Positions 22,415 through 37,200 of a stretch of DNA of 64,000 nt are shown one piece after another (the stretch's first letter is position 1; the number at the start of each line of letters is the position of its first letter). The notes under the pieces were generated by a model. That model saw only the letters and a list, made by a program, of their open reading frames with translations. It searched no databases and was not told the DNA's origin. The translations under genes were made by a program, and so were the position numbers. The stretch lies in the NCBI GenBank assembly GCA_002381645.1, contig DFXE01000020.1, positions 176,795 to 240,794 on the forward strand, written 5' to 3'. The DNA is from Bacteroidales bacterium UBA4116. GTDB taxonomy: Bacteria; Bacteroidota; Bacteroidia; Bacteroidales; Tannerellaceae.

Positions 22415-23144
22415 ACAGGTACATTTTCACTTTGTTGCGATCAGTCTGTACCGTTTCAAATTCCGAAGTAACGATACTGCTTCCCATAGGTACATCCGTA
22501 TTACGGTACTCCATCCGGCTATGAATAAGACTGCGGGCAGAGGTATGGAATTCCCTTGCTCCGGTCTCCGTTTCAATAAGCTCAATATTATTTTCCCTTA
22601 CACCGCTTCCCGGCATGATAATTATACGATCCTTAGCAAGTTTAACTAACCGGGTTATGAGAGGAATTCCTTTCACGGCATCCGATTGCTGCCCGGAAGT
22701 CAGTATCCGGTCACAACCCGCATCTATAATCTGCTCCATAGCTTCAAACGGGTCGCGGCATACATCAAATGCCCGGTGGAATGTTACAGACAAAGGTTTG
22801 GCGGCTAAAACGAGCTTTTTCAGTAATTTAATGTCGATATTTCCTTCTTTAGTAAGACAACCGAATACAACTCCATGGATATTTAATTCTTTCGCCATTT
22901 CGATATCATACAACATTGCCTGTATTTCAGCCTGCGTATATAAAAAGTCACCACCCCTGGGGCGTATGATTATATTTATATCAATAGATGATGTGAGTTG
23001 CTGTGCTGCTTTTATTTCGCCATAACTCGGAGTAGTACCACCTTCCGGAATGGAAGCGCATAGTTCAACACGCTTTGCTCCTCCCAATTCCGCTTCCAAA
23101 CAACTTTGTGCTGAATTTGCACAAATCTCAATAATACGATTCAT
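22413..23144 (-). CDS. cutC: CutC family protein
   Basis: EICAN, RVELC..EGGTTPS, IRPRGGDF, TFHRAFD, RILTSG. Confidence 0.93.
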   Translation of the reverse strand: MNRIIEICANSAQSCLEAELGGAKRVELCASIPEGGTTPSYGEIKAAQQLTSSIDINIIIRPRGGDFLYTQAEIQAMLYDIEMAKELNIHGVVFGCLTKEGNIDIKLLKKLVLAAKPLSVTFHRAFDVCRDPFEAMEQIIDAGCDRILTSGQQSDAVKGIPLITRLVKLAKDRIIIMPGSGVRENNIELIETETGAREFHTSARSLIHSRMEYRNTDVPMGSSIVTSEFETVQTDRNKVKMYL

Positions 23145-23250
23145 ATGTTTATACCTAAATAATTGAAATGCAAAAATACATTTAATTCATTTGCGTACTT
23201 CATCAAAAACACTACCTTCGCACAATATATATTAATTTTATCAATTTATT

Positions 23251-23805
23251 ATGAAAAGAAAGAGTTTAACTTTACTGTTGGCTGCTACACTTACAAGCAG
23301 CATTCTATTTTCATCATGTATCGGATCGTTTAATTTAAGTAATAAACTGTTATCATGGAATAAAGGAATTGATAGCAAGTTTGTTAATGAATTAGTTTTT
23401 ATAGCGTTGTGGATAGTTCCAGTATATGAAATTGCAATGCTTGCCGATATATTAGTAATTAATTCCATCGAGTTCTGGACAGGCGATAATCCGGTTGCAG
23501 ATGCCGGTACGGTTAAGACTATCGACGGTAAAGACGGTATTTATACGGTGGAAACAAGAGAAGACGGATACACTATTCAAAAAGAAGGTGACGAAAAAGT
23601 GGTTGACCTGAACTTTGATAAAGCAGCAAAAACCTGGAGTGTTGAGGCAGATGGAGAAAGTCATAAACTTCTTACATTTACCGATGGTGATGAAGTAGTA
23701 ATGTATCTTCCTGACGGACAGGAAATGAATGTTTCCCTAAACGAAGCAGGTGTGCTTGCTTTCAAACAAGTTACCACAAATTTCTCTTTCTACGCTGCCC
23801 GTTAA
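23251..23805 (+). CDS. DUF3332 family lipoprotein
   Basis: SSCIGSF lipobox, KFVNELVF, DILVINSIEFWTGDNP. Confidence 0.85.
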   Translation: MKRKSLTLLLAATLTSSILFSSCIGSFNLSNKLLSWNKGIDSKFVNELVFIALWIVPVYEIAMLADILVINSIEFWTGDNPVADAGTVKTIDGKDGIYTVETREDGYTIQKEGDEKVVDLNFDKAAKTWSVEADGESHKLLTFTDGDEVVMYLPDGQEMNVSLNEAGVLAFKQVTTNFSFYAAR

Positions 23806-23823
23806 TTATTCAATTTAATATAT

Positions 23824-23867
23824 CAGGGACGGAAATTATATGATATAATTTCCGTCCCTGTTTTTTT
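23824..23867 (+). terminator. Intrinsic terminator
   Basis: CAGGGACGGAAATTATA/TATAATTTCCGTCCCTG stem followed by T7. Confidence 0.85.
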
Positions 23868-23880
23868 CTTATAACCTTAA

Positions 23881-27270
<3,390 letters not shown>

Positions 27271-27278
27271 AGCAATAC

Positions 27279-27314
27279 AAAAGAGACTATCCAAAAACTT
27301 AGATAGTCTCTTTT
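27279..27314. terminator. Likely bidirectional terminator
   Basis: AAAAGAGACTATC...GATAGTCTCTTTT between convergent genes. Confidence 0.75.
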
Positions 27315-27405
27315 ATTATAAAACATATTTACACCTAAAGAGAGAGTTACATGTACATTCGTTTTTAGATGCTCAGTTTATTACCCGCAGTCAATAGGCT
27401 AATGA

Positions 27406-27798
27406 CTAATCTTTGATTTTTTTGAACTCGTACCAATGCCCATTATTCTCCTGTATATATAGGGAGTCTTTGTTATTTTCAGGTATTCTGTAAAGTATAT
27501 CCAGATCTTTTCGCTGTAATAAAATGATTTGTGAATCCGTCAGTAAATAGTTGCCTAAATCTTCCTTACCTTCAAATTTCAGTTCATCCATTCCATTAAT
27601 GTAGGCATAAAATTCGGTAATTAATTTATCGTCTTTAAATTTATATACCAATGAATCTCTTTTACCAAATTGGCTAAGCCATGTTCCTTCAACAAGTTTA
27701 TTGTCCAAATAAAGAGTATTATCAGGCTCGTTGTTATCACAAGAATAAAAACAAAATATAACTGATAATGAATAAAGAATTAATATTATTTTTTTCAT
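27406..27798 (-). CDS. Hypothetical lipoprotein
   Basis: MKKIILILYSLSVIFCFYS-CDNNE lipoprotein signal; LVEGTW motif typical of lipocalin-like Bacteroidetes lipoproteins. Confidence 0.65.
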   Translation of the reverse strand: MKKIILILYSLSVIFCFYSCDNNEPDNTLYLDNKLVEGTWLSQFGKRDSLVYKFKDDKLITEFYAYINGMDELKFEGKEDLGNYLLTDSQIILLQRKDLDILYRIPENNKDSLYIQENNGHWYEFKKIKD

Positions 27799-27943
27799 AA
27801 ATATAGTTTTTAAGATGAGACTTATACTTTTACTCCACAATCACATATAATATTTGTTTCAAGAATACCCTTTGCTTTATGTAGAACATATTCATTTAAC
27901 TAAATAGAGATAAAGTAAAAAATAACCTTATTAAATACCTTCT

Positions 27944-28792
27944 TTAATAAAAACTAAAGCCCTGAGGCGGTTTAATAACAAATCCAACACGTATATTACT
28001 GTGATATTCTTTATACTCCAATAAGTTCTCGCCATAACCGTTGTAATACTGCATGAAAAAAGCCTGGCTATGATTTTTCTTTAATTTATAACTGATTTCA
28101 ACCTGGGTATTAAAGCTCGGTCTCCACGATTTGCGTTTGGTGAGTATTAGTCCAATATGTAAAAGCTCATTATTTGTCCGGAAATTTCCTGCTACCTGAA
28201 AAATACCGTTATAATTTAAAATGTCCTTGTTATTTCTTCCGTCGATAATAGGTATCCAACCCTTTAATTGCACCTCGAAATTACGGTTCAATTCTATATT
28301 ACCCCCTAAAGTTACTTTATTCCAACTCCGTGAATATCCTGCCACCTTACCGTTAGACTCATGCTCCAGCATTAAATAACCTTTACCAATGTACCTGTTC
28401 CGGTAGACTATCAGATGCCCTAACCCAATTCCCGGATTAAAATTTATATCACGGATGGGAAGAGAATTTTCCAGTATATTCCAAAATGCTTTTTGGGTGT
28501 ATTGCAGATATAAATAAGTGTTGAAAGGCAATGAACTTTTGGTAAGTCTCTGGGATATGCTCAACTGGAATTTTATGTCTGTATTATACCTGTCCGGTTT
28601 ATCTCCCAACGGAATTCCACCTATAAAATAATTATCTTTATATAAGGTAAAATAAGGCCCTTTTTCAATTTCACTCCGAATATGATCTGCATTATAATCA
28701 GACGGTTCCGACGTTCCGTACAATTGGGCTGACAATGAATCTATACATATAAAAAGAACAAGTAAAGAAGAAATAGTTTTAGTCCTGAACAT
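27944..28792 (-). CDS. pldA: Outer-membrane phospholipase A1 (OMPLA)
   Basis: KFQLS, YTQKAFW, EHESNG active-site motif, SRSWNK, YYNGYGENLL. Confidence 0.9.
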   Translation of the reverse strand: MFRTKTISSLLVLFICIDSLSAQLYGTSEPSDYNADHIRSEIEKGPYFTLYKDNYFIGGIPLGDKPDRYNTDIKFQLSISQRLTKSSLPFNTYLYLQYTQKAFWNILENSLPIRDINFNPGIGLGHLIVYRNRYIGKGYLMLEHESNGKVAGYSRSWNKVTLGGNIELNRNFEVQLKGWIPIIDGRNNKDILNYNGIFQVAGNFRTNNELLHIGLILTKRKSWRPSFNTQVEISYKLKKNHSQAFFMQYYNGYGENLLEYKEYHSNIRVGFVIKPPQGFSFY

Positions 28793-28879
28793 ACCGGCTT
28801 ATTGTTATAAGCTGCAAATATAAATTAAATTCAACAGCATATTTAACATCTGTGATATTATTTAAATACCTTTGCGGGC

Positions 28880-30673
28880 ATGGATAAAGTATTTGATTAT
28901 TACAGAAGTAACATTGAGGCTTATACGCGCCGGGTAAATAATTTACAGAAAAAGATTCATTTAATGGGCACGATCCGTTTACTGATCGTAGCAGCGGCAA
29001 TCGTTTCAATTTGGTTTTTACGGGCGCAGGACTGGCGAATAATAGCAGGTGTGACATTACTTTATTTCATACCTTTTATCGGGCTGATGATTTATCATAA
29101 TTTCCTCGCCGGTAAAAAATCGTATGCCGAAACGTTAATCCGTCTCTGCTCTGATGAGCTGAAAGGGCTGGATTATGATTTCAGCGCTTTCGACGGGGCT
29201 TCCGATAAAATTGACGGCGAACATTCATTCAGCCTCGATCTCGACATATTCGGTGAACGTTCTTTTTTTCAATCCGTAAACCGTACGGTTACCCATATAG
29301 GCCGTGAGTTATTAACGGAATGGATCCGTAAACCTTTAACAGATAAAACAGCTATCCTGAACCGTCAGGAGGCGATAAAAGAATTAGCTACCCTCACCCG
29401 GTTACGACAGCACTTTTATGTAAGCGGAACCCTTCAGCCCGGAAAGAAAAACGATGTGAATTTATTATCCAGGCTGACAGACGCGCCGGCTTATTTCGCC
29501 AATACTAATTTCTGGAAACTATCCATCTGGATCATTCCTGCTCTCTGGGTAGTAATTTTTGTCTGCCTTATGTTTAATCTCATAAATTTTTCTCTATTCG
29601 GAATTATATTTATCGTCAGTTTTTTACTGGCCTATATACCCATCAAAAGAATAAACGAATTACACCAGACCGTAAATAAACTTGAGCAAATACTGAAATG
29701 CTACTCTCTTCTGATGAAAAGCATTGAAGGAGATTCTTTCAAATCTTCACTTCTTTCGAACATAAGCAATGAATTAGTCGACGAAAAATATACGGCATCA
29801 CAAGCGATAAAGAAACTTTCATCGCACATTGGAATTTTAGATCAGCGTGGCACCATGACAGGGATCATTTTAAATATTTTCACGTTCAGGGATATCCGTG
29901 CCTCTATTGCGATCGAAAAATGGCAATTGCATTACGGAAAAGAAACCGCTAAATGGTTTGATGCATTAGCACAGTTCGACGCATTAAGTTCCCTTGCCGG
30001 TTTTGCCTTTAACCATCCCGATTATATTTATCCTCAGATTGCAGAATCCTATTTCAAAATGGAAGGTAAAGCATTGGGACATCCTTTGATTCGGCGCGAA
30101 GTCTGTGTTAAAAATGACATATCGATTGAAAAAAATCCCTGGTTCCTGATCATTACCGGAGCCAATATGGCCGGTAAGAGTACATATTTAAGGACAATTG
30201 GAATAAATTTTTTATTATCCTGCATAGGAGCGCCTGTTTGTGCAGATGAGCTGGTGGTTTATCCGGCTAAAATCGTAACCAGTTTACGTACATCCGATTC
30301 GCTGGTAAGTAATGAATCGTATTTCTTTGCCGAACTCAAACGTCTAAAAATGATTATAGACAGGCTGAAAGAAGGTGAAAAGTTGTTCATCATCCTCGAT
30401 GAAATACTCAAAGGAACAAATTCCGTCGATAAACAAAAAGGTTCTTTCGCCTTAATGAAACAGTTAATAACCTACGATACCTGCGGAATTATAGCTACCC
30501 ATGACCTGGCATTAGGTTCGCTCGAACAAGATTTCCCCGATCAGATAAAGAATTACCGTTTTGAAGCAGACATAACAAATAATGAGCTAACCTTCTCTTA
30601 CAAACTTCGTGAAGGAATAGCTCAAAATATGAATGCCAGTTTCCTGATGAAAAAAATGGGAATTACTTTATAA
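28880..30673 (+). CDS. Membrane-anchored MutS-related ATPase (domain V only)
   Basis: TM segments; TGANMAGKST, SYFFAELKRL, DEILKGTN, ATHD. Confidence 0.88.
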   Translation: MDKVFDYYRSNIEAYTRRVNNLQKKIHLMGTIRLLIVAAAIVSIWFLRAQDWRIIAGVTLLYFIPFIGLMIYHNFLAGKKSYAETLIRLCSDELKGLDYDFSAFDGASDKIDGEHSFSLDLDIFGERSFFQSVNRTVTHIGRELLTEWIRKPLTDKTAILNRQEAIKELATLTRLRQHFYVSGTLQPGKKNDVNLLSRLTDAPAYFANTNFWKLSIWIIPALWVVIFVCLMFNLINFSLFGIIFIVSFLLAYIPIKRINELHQTVNKLEQILKCYSLLMKSIEGDSFKSSLLSNISNELVDEKYTASQAIKKLSSHIGILDQRGTMTGIILNIFTFRDIRASIAIEKWQLHYGKETAKWFDALAQFDALSSLAGFAFNHPDYIYPQIAESYFKMEGKALGHPLIRREVCVKNDISIEKNPWFLIITGANMAGKSTYLRTIGINFLLSCIGAPVCADELVVYPAKIVTSLRTSDSLVSNESYFFAELKRLKMIIDRLKEGEKLFIILDEILKGTNSVDKQKGSFALMKQLITYDTCGIIATHDLALGSLEQDFPDQIKNYRFEADITNNELTFSYKLREGIAQNMNASFLMKKMGITL

Positions 30674-30715
30674 GCGAATAAACATACACATCTCAATAAT
30701 GACGCTGTACAATTT

Positions 30716-31510
30716 TCACTTATTATAATATTTCATCGCTTCAGGCAAATAACCCTGAATTTCCCGGATACGGTTTGCGTCGCTGGGGTGTGTACTCATA
30801 AATTCGGGAGACTGTCCCGATTTACCTTGTGCCATTTTGGTCCAGAATGTAATCGCAGCGTTTGGATTATAACCCGCCATAGCCATAAAGATCAGCCCCA
30901 TATGGTCGGCTTCGTATTCGTGTTTTCTGGAATACGGCAACATAACTCCGTATTGAGCGCCTAAACCATATACCGTATTGGCAACTGTTTGTACCGCAGA
31001 AGAAGTACCGCTGATGGCTGTTCCTAAGATAGCACTACCATACTCAGTCATAAGCTGTGTACTCATACGTTCATTGGAATGCTTCGCTACCGCATGGGCT
31101 ACCTCATGTCCCAATATAGCAGCCAGCTCGTCATCCGTAGATGTGTATGGCATAATACCTTCATAAACCACGATTTTACCACCAGGCATGCAAAAAGCAT
31201 TCACCTGGTCACTTTGTACCAAATTGAACTCCCAGGAAAACTTGGCGACTTCAGACTCCAATCCATTCGCTTTTAAGTATGCCTCGGTTGCCGCTGCAAT
31301 ATTCCGTCCCACACGTACTACTTTTTCTGTCATCGCCTGATTTCTGGATACTTTTGCCTCCTTCATAAACTCACTGTACTGAGTGAGGCTACTGGTTATT
31401 ACATCCTGGTCGGATACTAATAAGACCTGCCTTCTTCCGGTTAACGGGACGCTTCCACAGCTACTTAACAGTAAAAGGCCCGTAATAAATAAACCAACTA
31501 ACTTTTTCAT
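30716..31510 (-). CDS. M48 family metallopeptidase (lipoprotein)
   Basis: LSS-C lipobox, NAFCMPGG, HEVAH, EYEAD, STHP. Confidence 0.92.
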   Translation of the reverse strand: MKKLVGLFITGLLLLSSCGSVPLTGRRQVLLVSDQDVITSSLTQYSEFMKEAKVSRNQAMTEKVVRVGRNIAAATEAYLKANGLESEVAKFSWEFNLVQSDQVNAFCMPGGKIVVYEGIMPYTSTDDELAAILGHEVAHAVAKHSNERMSTQLMTEYGSAILGTAISGTSSAVQTVANTVYGLGAQYGVMLPYSRKHEYEADHMGLIFMAMAGYNPNAAITFWTKMAQGKSGQSPEFMSTHPSDANRIREIQGYLPEAMKYYNK

Positions 31511-31649
31511 GTTCTTCTAACGTTAAAATTATATTATGCAAAAATATTTCTTTTTGTAATATAACAATAAAATTATCTTTTTGATTTTACCAGTTGATAA
31601 AACACAGGCATGATTAAACTTTCTTTACCGTATTCAGTCTAATAACCAG

Positions 31650-31762
31650 ATGAATATTATTTCTATCTGATTTTTTTTGATGGTTTAATAACCTAAACTT
31701 TTTGTTCATAATTATTATGTAGTTACAATCGGCCGCTTTACTGTGAAGTAGGGCGGTTGTTC
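31650..31762 (+). ncRNA. Candidate small RNA ending in a GTGA-loop hairpin
   Basis: Stem CCGCTTTACT-GTGA-AGTAGGGCGG within 31731-31758 in a divergent intergenic region; AAC-N17-GTCT at 31617-31640. Confidence 0.3.
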
Positions 31763-31905
31763 TGCTGCTAAAGGCATCCATATGTTATTTAATACAAAAA
31801 AATAAACAAAGTTGCTTTTTACTTGTTTTTACAGCAAAATCCTTATTCGATTTTTCTTCGACCTGCAAGACAATGAAAAAAATTATTTAACTAACAAAAT
31901 ATTTT

Positions 31906-32325
31906 ATGGATGTACTCTATACAACGGTTGCATCGTTCAGCGGTGGCGGAACAGGACAAGCAACAACAGAAGACGGAATACTAAAGCTCGAAATACGAGC
32001 CCCCAAGGAAATGGGTGGTCCCGGCGGTGAATACACCAACCCTGAGCAATTATTTGCTATCGGATATGCCTCCTGTTTCGGAAGTGCCATTAACTATGCC
32101 GCCATGATGAAAAGGAAAAGTATCGATTCTTTGGTAACAGCAACTGTACATACAGGAAAAAAACCTGAAAAGGGATTCCAATTTAAAGTAGACCTCGATA
32201 TCAGAATCTCAGGATTAGAACAAAAAGATGCGGAAGAATTAGTAGAAGAAGCAAAACAAATCTGTCCTTATTCAGGCGCCGTTAAAGACAATATTGAAGT
32301 AAAAGTTAAAGTTATTACCGCATAA
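31906..32325 (+). CDS. ohr: Organic hydroperoxide resistance protein (Ohr family)
   Basis: TNPEQLFAIGYASCF and ICPYS two-Cys motifs. Confidence 0.9.
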   Translation: MDVLYTTVASFSGGGTGQATTEDGILKLEIRAPKEMGGPGGEYTNPEQLFAIGYASCFGSAINYAAMMKRKSIDSLVTATVHTGKKPEKGFQFKVDLDIRISGLEQKDAEELVEEAKQICPYSGAVKDNIEVKVKVITA

Positions 32326-32337
32326 AATGTAATCATC

Positions 32338-32366
32338 AGAGTGCTTATCTAACCGGGCACTCTTTT
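32338..32366 (+). terminator. Intrinsic terminator after ohr
   Basis: AGAGTGC...GCACTCTTTT. Confidence 0.7.
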
Positions 32367-32483
32367 GGTTTCATTAAAATAGAGGATCCGGTATTCAAAG
32401 ATCATCCGGGAAATGAATAAATAACAAACTTTTGTTCTATTCTATTACCGACACTAAAAAATATTATCTTTGTTTCTTGCAGA

Positions 32484-33029
32484 ATGAATGAAGATACTGG
32501 ACATATAACGGCTCTGAAACACGACAGCAAGGAATCCTTTACATTCTTATACAATAAGTATTGTCATAATGTATATAAATTCAGCCGTTTATATTTAACC
32601 AATAAAAATTCAATAGAAGAAGTCGTACAGGAAGTATTTGTAAAAGTATGGGAATCGAGAGAGTTTTTAAATGAAAAAGAGAATTTTAAAGGTTTACTCT
32701 TTATCATAACACGCAATCTCATCTTTAATAAACATAGAAAATACCTGAATGAAGACTTTTACAAAACAACTGTCCTTTCTGCATTGGAAACAGCTTATAA
32801 CATTGAAGAAGAAATTGTTGCAAAAAACCTGAGCGAATACATCGACCAGTTAATTAATGAGTTACCCCCACGACGACGCGAAATATTCAACCTTAGCCGT
32901 AAACACCATAAAACCAATAAAGAAATAGCAGAGCAATTAAAAATTTCCGAAAAAACCGTTGAAAATCAGATAAGTGAAGCTATAAAATATTTACGGCAGA
33001 ACATTACATTATTACTGCTTTTCTTATAA
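32484..33029 (+). CDS. ECF RNA polymerase sigma-70 factor (Bacteroides expansion family)
   Basis: EEVVQEVFVKVWE, LPPRRREIFNLSR, KEIAEQLKISEKTVENQI; -7 element TATCTTTG at 32465. Confidence 0.92.
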   Translation: MNEDTGHITALKHDSKESFTFLYNKYCHNVYKFSRLYLTNKNSIEEVVQEVFVKVWESREFLNEKENFKGLLFIITRNLIFNKHRKYLNEDFYKTTVLSALETAYNIEEEIVAKNLSEYIDQLINELPPRRREIFNLSRKHHKTNKEIAEQLKISEKTVENQISEAIKYLRQNITLLLLFL

Positions 33030-33072
33030 ATCCAATACCTCCCGGCTTTTTTATTTTTCGCATACTCTTAAA

Positions 33073-33100
33073 ATAGGGGGTAAGTTCTTTTGGCGTGTAT
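33073..33100 (+). promoter_or_regulatory. Putative ECF-dependent promoter upstream of fecR-susC
   Basis: ATAGGGGG...CGTGTAT arrangement often seen before Bacteroidales anti-sigma genes (pattern recall). Confidence 0.45.
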
Positions 33101-33124
33101 TTATTTAAAGAAGGGAATAAATAT

Positions 33125-34096
33125 ATGGATTTCAATAAGAAAAAGAGCATTTTAAAAAAACTCGTAAATGATCAATTAGGTTCCGCAGAAGAACAGGAAC
33201 TCTTTTACTGTGAACCGGTAACAAAACTGATGCTTACACAATGGGATAACTGTCAGGACGAAACAGGTATTCCGGCTTCGGATAAAAATAAAATATTCCG
33301 GGCTATTCAAAAAAGGATAAGTTCGGATAAGCGCTTAAACCCGCTCTATTATAAAATAAGCCTGGCAGCATCTTTTTTATTAATAATCGGCTTAACAAGT
33401 ATCATTTACCTTTTTACGAGCGAAAAAAAAACCTTTAATATCTATACAATCAGCGCCGGGATACAAAACACGGAATCCGTTACTTTACCCGACGGTACAA
33501 CGGTGCAATTAGGTGCAGGCTCCAAAATAATTTTCCCGGAATATTTTACAGGCAATTCACGTGAAGTAACGGTATGCGGACAGGCTTTTTTTGATGTAAC
33601 CGCCGACAGCCTTAAACCGTTTATCGTACACACTCCACAAATGGACATTACCGTCTTGGGTACGGCTTTCGAGCTATTCAGCCATGACATTGAGAACGTT
33701 ACCGAAGCTATATTACTGAAAGGAAAACTAAAGGTTGATATTTTAACGAATACAAATAATGACCGGCAAATCATCCTCCTGCCCGATGAAAAAGTAGCTT
33801 TAAATAAACAAACCGGAGCCATAAGCAAAGAAAAAGTTGATGCCGACAAATATACTTCCTGGCGGAAAGACGGGATATTGAGTTTTGAGAATGAAAAACT
33901 TTCTATGATAATACCCCGTTTGGAACAATGGTATGGAAGAAAGATCATATGCCCGAAAGAACTTTCGGAAAAATATAGGTTCACTTTTAAAGTAAGGGAC
34001 GAAACATTAGAACGAATATTATATATGATCCAAAAATCATCTCCTTTAAAATATACGAAGACAGGAGAGGGAAATTTCACTATTCATTTGAAATAG
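33125..34096 (+). CDS. FecR-family anti-sigma factor
   Basis: Single TM, VTLPDGTTVQL, GQAFFDV, VLGTAF, LEQWYG; start reassigned to ATG 33125. Confidence 0.92.
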   Translation: MDFNKKKSILKKLVNDQLGSAEEQELFYCEPVTKLMLTQWDNCQDETGIPASDKNKIFRAIQKRISSDKRLNPLYYKISLAASFLLIIGLTSIIYLFTSEKKTFNIYTISAGIQNTESVTLPDGTTVQLGAGSKIIFPEYFTGNSREVTVCGQAFFDVTADSLKPFIVHTPQMDITVLGTAFELFSHDIENVTEAILLKGKLKVDILTNTNNDRQIILLPDEKVALNKQTGAISKEKVDADKYTSWRKDGILSFENEKLSMIIPRLEQWYGRKIICPKELSEKYRFTFKVRDETLERILYMIQKSSPLKYTKTGEGNFTIHLK

Positions 34097-34254
34097 AACT
34101 AAGTACAAACCTAATCTGATACCTTATGTTTTTTAATGACAGTTAACCCTTACACAGTTGGAAGCTACCGTTATCTTCCAGTCACCGACTTTATTTAACC
34201 ATTGCAGGTAAAAAACTATCCCTGCACAGTATTTTATCAAAAACAATACAAGTT

Positions 34255-37200
34255 ATGAAAAAAAATGAGGAATGGGATTACCATATCCCGCCACTTAGAA
34301 GAATAGTAAAAATATTCAAGATCGTTGCTTTACTGATTTTGCTAACAGTTTATTCTTCTTTTGCTTCCACGTATGCGCAGAACTACAAACTTTCCATGAA
34401 AAAGCAAAACGTAAGTATTATGGACATCTTAAAGGAAATAGAAAGCAATAGCGAATTTACATTCTTCTTTAATGACAACCAGGTATATGTAAATAGAATA
34501 ACCAATATTGATGTGAAAAACGCTTCCATAGAAAAAGTATTGGATCAATTATTGTCTGAAACCAATTACACCTATGAGATCATCGACAGGCAGGTCCTGA
34601 TACGGACAAAAGATAATTCCGCTCCGGTGAATCCCGGTATTAAACAACAAAGAAATATCATAAACGGTATCGTTGTCGACGAAAAAGGGGAGCCGGTTAT
34701 CGGCGCGAATATCATTGTAAAAGGAACAACGCAGGGAAGCGTAACCGGTATCGACGGAAAATTCAGTCTGGAAGCATCATCCGATGCCGTTTTACAGATC
34801 TCCTATATCGGTTATTTACCATCTGAAATACCGGTGAATAATCAGACCAACATACGGATAACGTTAGTGGAGGACACGCAAAAACTTGATGAAGTAGTTG
34901 TAGTAGGATATGGCACGCAGAAAAAAGTAACATTAACCGGAGCTGTTTCTGCCATTGGGGGAGACGAGATCCTGACAACAAAAAATGAAAATGTCGAAAA
35001 CATGCTTTCAGGTAAAATGCCGGGCGTACGGGTAGTACAATGGTCCGGTGAACCGGGTGCTTTTAATACGAAATTTGAAATCCGGGGTATGGGTAACCCC
35101 CTCATAATTATCGACGGGGTTCCCCGTGAAAACATGAGCCGGTTAGACCCTAACGAAATTGAAAGCATTTCAGTCCTGAAAGATGCCTCCGCCGCCATTT
35201 ACGGCGTACGCGCGGCAAACGGTGTGGTGTTGATTACTACCAAGAAAGGGACAACGGGTAAAATACAATTGGATTATTCCGGATCCGTCGGATGGCAACA
35301 GGCGTCGGGATTACCTGAAACCAGCAGTGCCTGGGAATACATGACATTGATGAACGAAAATGCCCGCAATAACGGGCAGGCGCTTATGTATTCGCTGGAT
35401 GAAATAGAAGCATACAGAAACGGGACGAAGCCAAGTACCAACTGGGCTAAAATAGCTATCGACGAATTTGCCCCGCAAACACAACACAGTTTCAGCGCGC
35501 AGGGAAATACGGAGAAGGTAGATTATTTCGTTAATTTCGGCTACCTCAAACAAGATGGATTCTGGAAAAGCGGCGACCTTAATTACGAACGGTTTAATAT
35601 AAGGTCCAACCTCGGCGCCCAACTGACCAACAGGCTCCGGGCAGATGTATCGCTGAACGGAATGATGGATACAAAGAACCAGCCTTACCGTGATACATGG
35701 ATCGTATTCAAATCCATTTGGACGCAGGTGCCTCTATGGCCGGTTTATGCGAATGATAATCCCGACTATTTATACAACGCGGCCGACGCCGACCATCCGC
35801 TGGTCATTACAAACTCGGATCTGGACGGATACCGCAAGCATAACAGTAAACTCTTCCAGGCCACAATGAGCCTTTCATACGATGTGCCGTATATCGACGG
35901 GTTAAAAGCCAAAGCGATGTACAGCTATGATTATAACCTTTGGGAATCCAAAGAATTTGCCAAAGAATTCAGCCTTTATACATACGATCCGGTCAGCAAT
36001 ACCTACAATGCGAACAAAGCCCAATCCCCATCCCATGTAAGACGTAGCTTCAGAGACAACAACGCTACATTGCTCCAGCTATCGCTGAATTATGTACGGA
36101 CATTCCAGGACAAACATAATGTAAACGTACTCGCCCTGTACGAAGAGAGCACATCGGATATGGACAACTTTTATGCCAGAAGGGAATTATCCATGGATGC
36201 AGTCGACCAGCTGTTCGCGGGGAACAGTATCAATCAGGAAGGTTCGATGGATTCGAACGGCTACCGTTCCGATCGGAAATTAAACGATCAGAACGGCGTA
36301 TGGAAGATCGCAAATAAAGGATTGGTCGGAAGGATCAATTATGATTTCATGTCGAAATATATTGCCGAATTTAGTTTCAGGTACGACGGATCATCCAAAT
36401 TCGCCCCGGGGCACCAATGGGGATTTTTCCCTGCCGGGTCATTGGGTTGGAGAATTACGGAAGAACCGTTTTTCAAAAATATCCGCGCGCTCTCGTTTAT
36501 CAATAACATTAAATTAAGAGGCTCATATGGAAAAATGGGAGACGACAGCTCGTCATCCTATCAATTCCTCTCAGGATATAATTATCCATCAGGCGGTTTT
36601 GTCTTCAACAACTCCTACACTAACGGTTTAGGACTACGCGGAATGCCCAATCCATACATTACATGGTTTACTTCCAAACTGGCAAACTTCGGGGTCGATG
36701 CAGACATGTGGAACGGCCTGTTAGGTATCCAGTTCGATATATTCAGCCGGGTGCGTGACGGACTCCTGGCCACAAGAAGCGAAAGCCTGCCCGGAACAGT
36801 AGGCGCAGGATTGCCGCAGGAAAACCTGGAAGGCGATATTACGAAAGGATTTGAAGTGGCACTTTCCCACCGCAACAGAATCAGGGATTTCAATTACTAT
36901 TTCTCCGGTAACGTTTCCTATTCAAGAAAAAAATGGAGACATAAGGAAATTTCAACACGGGGCAATTCCTACAGGAACTGGAGGGACAATTATACAAACA
37001 GGTTGGATGAAATGTGGTGGGGATATGGTTATTTAGGCCAGTTCAATTCGTACGACCACATATTCGGCGCTCCCATACAGGACTCGAAAGGCAACTCCGT
37101 ATTATTGCCCGGAGATTATGCGTATGAAGACTGGAACGGCGATGGTATAATAGATGAAAACGACGAACATCCCATCTCCATAAAAGGATTGCCTAAAGTT

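Noticed and set aside
28880..30673. Canonical mismatch-repair mutS
   Set aside because: Lacks the mismatch-binding domain and has TM helices; a known MutS-related subfamily
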